From Butyrivibrio sp. (GTDB lineage: Bacteria > Bacillota > Clostridia > Lachnospirales > Lachnospiraceae), in assembly GCA_015056655.1 (NCBI GenBank), contig SVFV01000016.1, positions 3,866 to 35,865 on the forward strand: a DNA stretch of 32,000 nt. Reading direction: 5' to 3'. The notes below the pieces were generated by a model, which did not search any database, had not been told where the DNA came from, and was given only the letters and a program-made list of their open reading frames with translations. Made by a program: the position numbers and the translations under genes. Position 1 is the stretch's first letter; every line of letters starts with the position of its first letter. Shown here one piece after another: positions 25,319-32,000 of this stretch.

Positions 25319-26428
25319 ATGGCAAGTTTAACACTTGAAAATGTATGCAAAGTTTATCCTAACGGTTTTGAAGCTGTTAAGAATTTCAATCTTGATATTC
25401 AGGACAAGGAATTCATCATCTTCGTTGGACCTTCAGGATGTGGTAAGTCAACAACACTTCGTATGATCGCAGGTCTTGAGGATATTTCTTCAGGTACACT
25501 TAAGATTGGTGATCGTGTGGTTAACGATGTAGAGCCTAAGGATAGAGATATCGCAATGGTATTCCAGAACTACGCTCTGTATCCTCATATGACAGTTTAT
25601 GATAACATGGCATTCGGTCTTAAGCTTCGTAAGGTTCCGAAGGCTGAGATCGACAAGATGGTTAAGGATGCTGCTAAGATCCTTGATCTTACAAACCTTC
25701 TTGATCGTAAGCCTAAGGCTCTTTCCGGTGGTCAGAGACAGCGTGTTGCTATGGGTCGTGCTATCGTTCGTAATCCTAAGGTATTCCTTATGGATGAGCC
25801 TCTTTCAAACCTTGATGCAAAGCTCCGTGTACAGATGAGAACTGAGATTGCTAAGCTTCACCAGAGACTTGGTACTACAATCATCTACGTTACACATGAC
25901 CAGACAGAGGCTATGACTCTTGGTACAAGAATCGTAGTTATGAAGGATGGTGTTATCCAGCAGGTTGACACACCTCAGAACCTCTATGACAAGCCCACAA
26001 ACCTCTTCGTTGCTGGATTCATGGGTTCACCTCAGATGAACTTCCTTGATGCAGAAGTAGAAGTTAGCGGCGACAAGGCTTGCCTTAAGATCGCTGGTCA
26101 GTCTATCGAACTTCCCCCTGCAAAGGCTAAGAAGGTTATCGATGGCGGCTACGCTGGAAAGACAGTTACATTCGGTATCCGTCCTGAGGACGTTGATGAT
26201 TCCGAGATGGTTGTTAGCACATCTAAGGCTGTATTTGAGTCAACAATCAACGTATACGAGCTTCTTGGTGCAGAAGTTTATCTGTACTTCGATCTTGCAG
26301 GCTTCCCTGTAACAGCACGAGTTGATTCTCGTACAACAGCTCGTCCTGGCGATAAGGTTAAGTTCGCATTCGACGTAGAGAAGATTCACGTATTCGACAA
26401 AGAGACAGAGAAGGTTATCACAAACTAA
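25319..26428 (+). CDS. sugar ABC transporter ATP-binding protein, MsmK/MsmX/UgpC/MalK type (orphan)
   Basis: I place the start at ATG 25319 (MASLTLENVCKVY...), with a GAGGAGG SD. It has Walker A 'GPSGCGKST', 'LSGGQRQR' and Walker B 'FLMDEPLSNLD', plus a C-terminal MalK-like regulatory/TOBE region. No permease or binding-protein genes are adjacent. Confidence 0.9.
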   Translation: MASLTLENVCKVYPNGFEAVKNFNLDIQDKEFIIFVGPSGCGKSTTLRMIAGLEDISSGTLKIGDRVVNDVEPKDRDIAMVFQNYALYPHMTVYDNMAFGLKLRKVPKAEIDKMVKDAAKILDLTNLLDRKPKALSGGQRQRVAMGRAIVRNPKVFLMDEPLSNLDAKLRVQMRTEIAKLHQRLGTTIIYVTHDQTEAMTLGTRIVVMKDGVIQQVDTPQNLYDKPTNLFVAGFMGSPQMNFLDAEVEVSGDKACLKIAGQSIELPPAKAKKVIDGGYAGKTVTFGIRPEDVDDSEMVVSTSKAVFESTINVYELLGAEVYLYFDLAGFPVTARVDSRTTARPGDKVKFAFDVEKIHVFDKETEKVITN

Positions 26429-26451
26429 TCTGAATGAATATGTAAGTATTA

Positions 26452-26485
26452 AGGACCACACTCAATTGGGTGTGGTTCTTTTTTC
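26452..26485 (+). terminator. intrinsic terminator after the ABC ATPase gene
   Basis: 10-bp stem AGGACCACAC / GTGTGGTTCT (one G.U pair) followed by a T run. Confidence 0.8.
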
Positions 26486-26604
26486 GTTATTTATTTAGCA
26501 AATTTGATTATGTCTATTGAAGGGAAAAAACCAAAAGGTGTAAAATATTTAATGTTGTGACGGACAATATAAGTCCAAGAAAAAAGTGTGGAGGAGGAAA
26601 TCAC

Positions 26605-27378
26605 ATGAAAACTATTAAACAGCTTTCAAAAAAGCTAGCAACACTTGCATTAGCTTTCACTTTGTTATTGGGAACTACATCAGTGACAGCCTATGCAGCA
26701 ACTACAAATGGGGACAACATCACAGTAAGAACCTATAAAAATGGTTATTACTACACAGGCACAGAATATGGTGCACCTATCACCGTAAATTTTGATGCTG
26801 TGGGTGACAGAATTGCTAACCTCAAATCTAGCAGTGTAGATCTTAGAGTTTATACTGTTTCTATCAAAAAGGGCGATAAGACCGGAAAAATTGGTGTATG
26901 GTCAAAGAAGCCTGGTAAATACACAGTAGATTTCGATGTTGTCGATGCTGCAGGAGCAGTTAAGGAACACAAGACTGTAAATGTTAAGGTTGTAATTGGC
27001 AGATACATTGAAAGTGCAGTAAAGGACATCAAGTATAATGGAAAGAGCTTGTGGTTAAACCCAGCTTATGATGCCGTTAATATGCCTAAATCTGGTAAAG
27101 TTAACGTTGTTATGAACAAGAATTTCAAGCTTACAGGTCTTCGTATAGGTAAGAGAAATGCGAACAACGAATATGTTTATTCAAAGGTTAAGAATGGAAA
27201 GAAAATAACTTTGGATAAGAAAGCTTACACATATTCAAGTTCTGGATCATCTTATAGTTACTACACAAAAAATATGGAATCTAACACTCAGTTGGAGATT
27301 ACTTACAAGAATAAAAAGACAGGTGAAACAGGCGTAGTAACATATAGTATTTCTAGATTGGTTAACTATAACAAATGA
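26605..27378 (+). CDS. secreted protein of unknown function, paralog A
   Basis: I place the start at ATG 26605, with a GGAGGAGG SD. It has a Sec signal peptide, MKTIKQLSKKLATLALAFTLLLGTTSVTAYA|A. The mature part is a K/Y/T/N-rich, beta-type sequence collinear with the next ORF. Confidence 0.75.
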   Translation: MKTIKQLSKKLATLALAFTLLLGTTSVTAYAATTNGDNITVRTYKNGYYYTGTEYGAPITVNFDAVGDRIANLKSSSVDLRVYTVSIKKGDKTGKIGVWSKKPGKYTVDFDVVDAAGAVKEHKTVNVKVVIGRYIESAVKDIKYNGKSLWLNPAYDAVNMPKSGKVNVVMNKNFKLTGLRIGKRNANNEYVYSKVKNGKKITLDKKAYTYSSSGSSYSYYTKNMESNTQLEITYKNKKTGETGVVTYSISRLVNYNK

Positions 27379-27392
27379 TGGAGGCGATATTT

Positions 27393-28196
27393 ATGAAGAA
27401 GAGAAGTATTCTTTCCAAAGTACTCGCAGTAGTTCTTACATTGGCTTTTGTACTTACTGCTTTTACTGGATTCAAATATGAAGCTAAAGCAGCTACAGAT
27501 TTAAAGGATTACGTACCTACAAGTGTAAGAATATATACACGTTCAATAGATAATTCTGCAATCAGGATTCAGCTTGTTGATCAGGGATATTCAATAAAAA
27601 ATATTAAATCAAATAATCCCAATTTGAAGGTATACGGCACAAGAGTTGAAACAAGCACATCTCAGTATAGCTTTGGCTCTGAGTTTGCTATCGGATGCTA
27701 TGCACGCAAAGACGGAAAGTATAAAGTAACTTACACTCTTGAAAAGAATGGAAAGAAAGAAAAGAAATCTGTTACTGTATATGCAAAAATGGATTCAGCA
27801 ATTAAGTCTGTAAAGTTTGGCAGTCAGCGCCTTGACCTGTATGGCGAAGATACCATGGGATATATGGCAAAGAAGGATTCCGGTAAATTCAGTGTTAAGA
27901 TGAACAAGGGCTATAAACTTAAGGGAATCCGTGTTGGTGTTTATACTCATAAGGCGTATGGAGATTCAAGTATTAGTTCTGAGATGGTTTATACAGACAT
28001 TGCCAATAATTCAAATGTAACGCTTTCTGATGTACCGTACAGAAATTTCTATGAAAGTCAGTACAGTTCATATGGTACAGATACAGAACATATGGTGGCT
28101 GAAACAAGATTCGAGATTACATACATTGATAAGTATTCTAAGGAAGAAAGAACTTTAACTTACACATTATATAAGCTTGTAAGATGGACTGAATAA
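27393..28196 (+). CDS. secreted protein of unknown function, paralog B
   Basis: I place the start at ATG 27393, with a GGAGG SD. It has a Sec signal peptide, MKKRSILSKVLAVVLTLAFVLTAFTGFKYEAKA|A, and is collinear with paralog A. Confidence 0.75.
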   Translation: MKKRSILSKVLAVVLTLAFVLTAFTGFKYEAKAATDLKDYVPTSVRIYTRSIDNSAIRIQLVDQGYSIKNIKSNNPNLKVYGTRVETSTSQYSFGSEFAIGCYARKDGKYKVTYTLEKNGKKEKKSVTVYAKMDSAIKSVKFGSQRLDLYGEDTMGYMAKKDSGKFSVKMNKGYKLKGIRVGVYTHKAYGDSSISSEMVYTDIANNSNVTLSDVPYRNFYESQYSSYGTDTEHMVAETRFEITYIDKYSKEERTLTYTLYKLVRWTE

Positions 28197-28216
28197 TCAA
28201 ATTCATAAAGAGTTTA

Positions 28217-28259
28217 TGGAGCTGCGCCAATCAATAGGCACAGCTCCATTTTTATTTTT
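28217..28259 (+). terminator. intrinsic terminator after the paralog pair
   Basis: 8-bp stem TGGAGCTG / CAGCTCCA with a 16-nt loop, followed by TTTTTATTTTT. Confidence 0.8.
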
Positions 28260-28283
28260 CTAAATGAAGTATCTATTTCACTA

Positions 28284-28292
28284 TGTTATAAT
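28284..28292 (+). promoter_or_regulatory. extended -10 promoter element (TGTTATAAT) for the PucR-type regulator
   Basis: Exact TGnTATAAT about 43 nt upstream of ATG 28335. No convincing -35 was seen. Confidence 0.5.
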
Positions 28293-28334
28293 AACAGCGG
28301 AGAATAACAGCTTTATAGCTTGTTGGAGGCATTT

Positions 28335-29426
28335 ATGATCACTAATCAGATTATTCAAAACAGTATAGATGAATTATCAGCCATTACAAGAGTACAGCTT
28401 GGTGTATATGACCTTAAGGGGAAGCCTGTTGCGGTGACTTCCGAATTACCCGAATTTGACGCTGCTATGATAGCGTCATTCGCAGAATCACCGGTTGATT
28501 CTCAGGTTATAGGTACTAATCATTTGCTGAAGATTCTTGATGAAGGCGATCTTGCATATGTTCTTATGGCTTCTGGTCAGGCAGAGGATGCATATATGGT
28601 TGGAAAAATATGCATCAGTCAGCTTCAGAACCTTATTGTTGCATATAAAGAGAGATATGATAGAAATAACTTTTTCCAGAATCTGCTTCTTGATAACCTG
28701 CTTCTCATCGATATTTACAACAGGGCAAAAAAACTTCGCATAGATGCTACAGTGCCCAGAGTTATCATATTGGTCGAGACGAAGGCAGAGAGAGACAGCG
28801 GAGCTCAGGAGCTCCTTGGAAGCATGTTCACATCTCAGGCTGGTGACTATGTTACAGCAGTAGATGAGAGCAGCGTGATTCTTGTCAAAGCGCTCAAGGC
28901 AGGCGAGAGCTACGAGGATATAGAGGGCATAGCTACTACCATCGTTGATATGATGAATACAGAGGCCATGCTTGATGTAAGAGTATCCTATGGAACGATA
29001 ACAAATGAGCTTAAGGACCTTAGCAAATCCTATAAGGAAGCAAAGATGGCTCTTGATGTAGGAAAGATTTTCTACGCAGAGAGACACGTGACAGCATACA
29101 ATACCCTTGGAATTGGAAGACTTATCTATCAGCTTCCTATCAGCCTTTGCAGAATTTTCATCGATGAGATTTTTGGAGACAGAGAGATTCCGGAGAACCT
29201 CGATGAAGAGACACTTAACACAGTAAATAAGTTCTTTGAGAATAATCTTAACGTTTCAGAGACTTCAAGACAGCTCTTTGTTCACAGAAATACACTTGTG
29301 TACAGAATAGAGAAATTGCAGAAGGCAACTGGCCTTGATGTAAGAACCTTTGATGAGGCGCTTACCTTCAAGATTGCAATGATGGTACTTAACTACATGA
29401 GATATGTGGACTCAAATGAGTTCTGA
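28335..29426 (+). CDS. PucR/CdaR-family transcriptional regulator
   Basis: I prefer ATG 28335 (GGAGG 5 nt upstream) over the TTG at 28320. The C-terminal PucR-type HTH is 'NLNVSETSRQLFVHRNTLVYRIEKLQKATGLDVRTFDEALTFKIAM'. Confidence 0.85.
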   Translation: MITNQIIQNSIDELSAITRVQLGVYDLKGKPVAVTSELPEFDAAMIASFAESPVDSQVIGTNHLLKILDEGDLAYVLMASGQAEDAYMVGKICISQLQNLIVAYKERYDRNNFFQNLLLDNLLLIDIYNRAKKLRIDATVPRVIILVETKAERDSGAQELLGSMFTSQAGDYVTAVDESSVILVKALKAGESYEDIEGIATTIVDMMNTEAMLDVRVSYGTITNELKDLSKSYKEAKMALDVGKIFYAERHVTAYNTLGIGRLIYQLPISLCRIFIDEIFGDREIPENLDEETLNTVNKFFENNLNVSETSRQLFVHRNTLVYRIEKLQKATGLDVRTFDEALTFKIAMMVLNYMRYVDSNEF

Positions 29427-29462
29427 TTTTGCTTGGAAATAGAATAATAGGATTAAAATTAG

Positions 29463-29498
29463 AAACCTCCCATGGTCTACCAATGGGAGGTTTTGTTT
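29463..29498. terminator. bidirectional intrinsic terminator between the convergent PucR-type and radical-SAM genes
   Basis: 11-bp perfect stem AAACCTCCCAT / ATGGGAGGTTT, T-rich on the plus side (TTTTGTTT) and A-rich upstream (which reads as a T-run on the minus strand). Confidence 0.8.
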
Positions 29499-29530
29499 AT
29501 GTGTGAATATTGGATTTTAGATAAGTGTGA

Positions 29531-30568
29531 TTAGAGTCCTTCAAAATCAAAAGCTGGAATGAAGCTCTCAGAATCAGTGCCTTCACCCTGGAAAAAGCCG
29601 TTTTCGATGCCGAGGTCTATGGCATAGTCGATAAGCTTGTCATAATCTCTACTATCAACTGGCTTTAGTAGTTCGGGATAAGCAGATAAATCTCCATGAG
29701 GTGTGAACTGGTTCATGATGCTTAGATAGACCTTGGTACCATATCTCTCCAGAAGAGAGCGGATAACTTCTTTGGAATCGTCAAGGTGACCTGGTAGCAT
29801 GAGATGGCGAATTATCACGCCCTTTTTCATAAGTGGGCCATAGTAGTCGTCATTGCAGTTATCGAGTAGAAGATTATAGTCTACAGAATCAAGCAGAGTT
29901 AATGATTCTGTATCGTTCAAATATTGCTCATGCGAATCAAAATAGCCCAGATATGGATGATAACCTTCAGGGTAAAACAAAGGCGCACTTACCTGTCTTA
30001 CCATTTCATCAACTGCAGCAATAGCTATTTTGTGATAATCAGGAGCATTACTATACTTTAATGAAAGCTCGTCAGAATAATACTTACAGTCAGGAAGATA
30101 AATATCTATAAGTCCTTCTAATTTCTTAAGTGTCTCGACCTTCTCGTATCCGCTGGTGTTGTAAACAATAGGAATAACAAGCCCCTGGGCCTTGGCTCTT
30201 TCAAGAGCAGGGATGATCAGGGGGACAAAATGAGTTGGTGTCACGAGATTTATATTTGATGCTTTTTTCTCCTGGAGTTCTAAGAAAATCTCAGATAGCC
30301 TTTCGGAAGAAATCTCCTTTGCAACATCACCTGAAGCAATCTCTGAGTTCTGGCAAAATACGCATCGCATATTACAGCCGGAAAAGAAAACAGTTCCGGA
30401 GCCATTAACGCCGGATATACAGGGCTCCTCCCATGCATGAAGATAGGCTCTTGCCGCAGTTAAGTGATCTGGCTGTTTGCAATAGCCTGGATTTGTACTG
30501 ATTCTGTCAGCTCCACAGTTTCTGGGACATATTTTGCAATTTGATAGTTGATGTTCAAGATTTGTCAT
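29531..30568 (-). CDS. radical SAM protein, PflX-like (COG1313-type pyruvate formate-lyase-activase homolog of unknown function)
   Basis: 345-aa ORF. It has the N-terminal cysteine cluster 'CKICPRNCGADR...GYC' and the radical-SAM motif 'GCNMRCVFCQN' (CxxxCxxC) preceded by 'WEEPCISG..GSGTVFFSG'. Confidence 0.85.
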   Translation of the reverse strand: MTNLEHQLSNCKICPRNCGADRISTNPGYCKQPDHLTAARAYLHAWEEPCISGVNGSGTVFFSGCNMRCVFCQNSEIASGDVAKEISSERLSEIFLELQEKKASNINLVTPTHFVPLIIPALERAKAQGLVIPIVYNTSGYEKVETLKKLEGLIDIYLPDCKYYSDELSLKYSNAPDYHKIAIAAVDEMVRQVSAPLFYPEGYHPYLGYFDSHEQYLNDTESLTLLDSVDYNLLLDNCNDDYYGPLMKKGVIIRHLMLPGHLDDSKEVIRSLLERYGTKVYLSIMNQFTPHGDLSAYPELLKPVDSRDYDKLIDYAIDLGIENGFFQGEGTDSESFIPAFDFEGL

Positions 30569-30608
30569 AAGTAGTTGGTTGCTTCTATATAATTAAATAC
30601 TATTCCTG

Positions 30609-31169
30609 CTATTGTGCTGATTCCTGAGCAGCAGCTTCAGCAGCCTTTCTCGCTTCCTTCTCAGCCTTGTTGCGCTTTCTAAGCTCTGTAAAAAATTCCT
30701 TTAGAATGTCGCTGCAATCCTTCTCGAGTACACCGGTTGTAACATCAACCTGGTGATTGAATTCAGGATTTTCAAGGATATTAAGAACTGTTCCAGCGCA
30801 GCCGGATTTAGGACTCATGGCTCCCATCACAACGCGAGGAATTCTGGACTGAACTATAGCGCCAGCGCACATCTGACAGGGCTCTAAGGTCACATACAAA
30901 GTACATTCCTCAAGTCGCCAGTCGCCAATCTTTTTACATGCTTTCTTAATAGCTGTAATTTCGGCGTGGCAAAGCACAGATTTATCAGTGTTTCTGCGGT
31001 TATAACCACGGCCGATAATCTTTCCTTCATATACAATGACACATCCGATCGGCACTTCTCCGAGTTCGATAGCCTTTCTTGCCTGCTTAAGGGCGGCTTT
31101 CATGTACTTTTCGTCTGTGCGCTGCTCATCGGTTTTTATATTAAGTTCCGGATAATTTCTATTTTTCAT
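30609..31169 (-). CDS. tadA: tRNA adenosine(34) deaminase
   Basis: 186-aa ORF. It has 'DEKYMKAALKQARKA', 'EVPIGCVIV', the zinc ligands 'CHAEITAI' and 'PCQMCAGAI', and a basic/Ala-rich C-terminal tail. Confidence 0.9.
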   Translation of the reverse strand: MKNRNYPELNIKTDEQRTDEKYMKAALKQARKAIELGEVPIGCVIVYEGKIIGRGYNRRNTDKSVLCHAEITAIKKACKKIGDWRLEECTLYVTLEPCQMCAGAIVQSRIPRVVMGAMSPKSGCAGTVLNILENPEFNHQVDVTTGVLEKDCSDILKEFFTELRKRNKAEKEARKAAEAAAQESAQ

Positions 31170-31176
31170 AAGTCAT

Positions 31177-31185
31177 ATTATAGCA
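31177..31185 (-). promoter_or_regulatory. extended -10 element (TGCTATAAT on the minus strand) 7 nt upstream of the tadA ATG
   Basis: The minus strand reads TGCTATAAT-ATGACTT-ATG. There is no Shine-Dalgarno sequence between the box and the start codon. Confidence 0.45.
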
Positions 31186-31383
31186 TAGGCGTAAAAAGGA
31201 TATTATAAACGCTGTATTTTATTGGGGAACAGCTGCAGAATATGCGAATCAGGCAATTCCTACTAAAGCACTAGTAATTAAGGGATATATGTGCTATTAT
31301 AATCTACACATTAAGGAATTAACTAATTCGTTACTTAAGAAGGGAGAAATGGTCATTCACAGTAGGGGCCATGGAGATAAAAA

Positions 31384-31821
31384 ATGAAAATATCAACTAA
31401 AGGAAGATATGCGCTTAGAGTGATGATAGATCTCGCTTTTCATGATACAGGCGAATATATTGCTCTTAAGGATATCTCAGCAAGACAGGGAATAACCGTA
31501 AAATACCTTGAACAGATAGTTACAAGTCTTGGAAAAGCAGGACTTGTTAGAAGTATGAGAGGAAGTAACGGTGGTCACAGGCTTGCGAGAAAGCCTGAGG
31601 AGTACACTGTGGGCGAAATCCTTAGAACTGTAGAAGGTAGCCTTGCACCTGTTGAGTGCCTTCAGGGAGAGAAAAATGATTGTCCCAGAGCAGAGGGCTG
31701 TGTAACCCTTAAATTCTGGCAGGGGCTTGATGATGTAGTAAATAACTATGTCGATAACTATTCTCTTAAAGATCTGGTGGATGAGACCAAAGAGAACAGT
31801 GCTTACGATTACTCAATCTAA
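31384..31821 (+). CDS. Rrf2-family transcriptional regulator (IscR-like, three-Cys cluster)
   Basis: 145-aa ORF. It has 'MKISTKGRYALRVMIDLA' and the wHTH 'ISARQGITVKYLEQIVTSLGKAGLVRSMRGSNGGHRLA'. The cysteines in 'ECLQGEKNDCPRAEGC' fit an Fe-S-ligand pattern. Confidence 0.9.
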   Translation: MKISTKGRYALRVMIDLAFHDTGEYIALKDISARQGITVKYLEQIVTSLGKAGLVRSMRGSNGGHRLARKPEEYTVGEILRTVEGSLAPVECLQGEKNDCPRAEGCVTLKFWQGLDDVVNNYVDNYSLKDLVDETKENSAYDYSI

Positions 31822-31828
31822 CAAGCTG

Positions 31829-31857
31829 TTGACTTGTCGGACCATATCGGATATATT
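31829..31857 (+). promoter_or_regulatory. near-consensus sigma-A promoter of the SRP RNA gene
   Basis: TTGACT (31829-31834), an exactly 17-nt spacer and TATATT (31852-31857). Confidence 0.7.
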
Positions 31858-31863
31858 TACTTA

Positions 31864-32000
31864 TGCGGCTTTGCAATGGGTGCACGCATCACAGTGCGGA
31901 GCCGGGTCTTATGCAATGGAAATCTGTGAACCGTGTCAGGTCGGGAACGAAGCAGCACTAAACGGAATCTTCCATGTGTTGTAAGGTAGCCTGGTTTCGC
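31864..32000 (+). ncRNA. ffs: signal recognition particle RNA (4.5S/scRNA), 5' part; 3' end lies beyond the window
   Basis: Positions 31935-31956, GTCAGGTCGGGAACGAAGCAGC, match the universal SRP domain-IV 5' strand (E. coli GUCAGGUCCGGAAGGAAGCAGC). The return strand CATGTGTTGTAAGGTAGCCTGG corresponds to E. coli GUGUGCCGGGAUGUAGCUGG. The 5' end is inferred from the promoter only. Confidence 0.85.

Noticed and set aside
26557-26604. Upstream extensions of the two secreted paralogs (26557-26604, and 27375-27392 for the second).
   Set aside because: The SD-supported internal ATGs (26605, 27393) give canonical signal peptides that start with MK. The extensions would bury the n-region.
28488-29087. 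199-aa minus-strand ORF inside the PucR-type regulator gene. Similar long antisense ORFs lie at 21177-21668, 18656-19132, 11034-11489 and 16745-17143.
   Set aside because: All lie fully antisense to CDSs with strong family motifs. They are Cys/Ile/Leu/Ser-rich, as is typical of antisense frames, and they lack SD sequences.
31349-31387. 12-codon mini-ORF (MVIHSRGHGDKK) ending in an ATGA overlap with the Rrf2 start codon.
   Set aside because: Its putative SD (GGGAG) is only 2 nt from the ATG, whereas the Rrf2 ATG has a well-spaced GGAG. There is no evidence of coding beyond an open frame of 12 codons.
31748-31984. 78-aa plus-strand ORF overlapping the end of the Rrf2 gene and the SRP RNA.
   Set aside because: It covers a promoter and a highly conserved structured RNA and has no RBS. 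It is a spurious ORF.
1-32000. Window-wide look for CRISPR arrays, IS elements or transposases, integrases, prophage genes, tRNA or rRNA genes, toxin-antitoxin pairs and known defence-system ATPases or nucleases.
   Set aside because: I saw no spaced short direct-repeat array, no DDE, serine or tyrosine recombinase motifs, no tRNA-like cloverleaf in the intergenic regions, and no small adjacent ORF pairs. Apart from the lone Mrr_cat gene, nothing resembles a defence island.

Overview
This is a chromosomal window from a low-GC Firmicute. Gene content (GH67/GH3/SGNH xylan genes), codon usage and Bacillus-like housekeeping synteny suggest a xylanolytic Lachnospiraceae (Butyrivibrio-like), but that taxonomy is inference only. 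I support 27 protein genes, one partial RNA gene, several intrinsic terminators and promoters, and one small repeated intergenic element.

Layout:
- 1-6.8 kb: the conserved yaaO / kinase / yaaR / holB / yaaT(ricT) / yabB / rsmI housekeeping cluster.
- 6.9-8.9 kb: a membrane-anchored Mrr-type nuclease-fold protein and a MATE efflux pump.
- 9.0-20.0 kb: a same-strand intracellular glucuronoxylan-oligosaccharide to pentose-phosphate block (GH67 alpha-glucuronidase, GH3 beta-xylosidase-like, SGNH esterase, FGGY kinase, araD, split transketolase, rpe).
- 20.2-23.2 kb: map and metG.
- 23.4-26.4 kb: alpha/beta hydrolase, YesL/DUF624 and an orphan MsmK/MsmX-type sugar ABC ATPase.
- 26.6-28.2 kb: a terminator-insulated pair of tandem secreted paralogs with no recognisable family.
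- 28.3-31.8 kb: a PucR/CdaR-type regulator, a convergent tadA plus PflX-like radical-SAM operon, and a divergent Fe-S-type Rrf2 regulator.
- 31.86 kb to the window end: the 5' part of the SRP RNA behind a near-consensus promoter.

I found no CRISPR array, transposase, integrase, tRNA, rRNA or recognisable defence or toxin cassette. Most of the window is ordinary core or carbohydrate metabolism. The observations not explained by standard annotation, and most worth follow-up, are:
- the secreted paralog cassette;
- a roughly 65-nt twin-hairpin element present right after the araD and metG stop codons, with compensatory stem changes;
- the membrane-tethered Mrr_cat protein;
- a strong terminator that abuts the aguA ribosome-binding site;
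- a probable leaderless tadA co-transcribed with a radical-SAM gene of unknown function.

None of these is proven novel from sequence alone.
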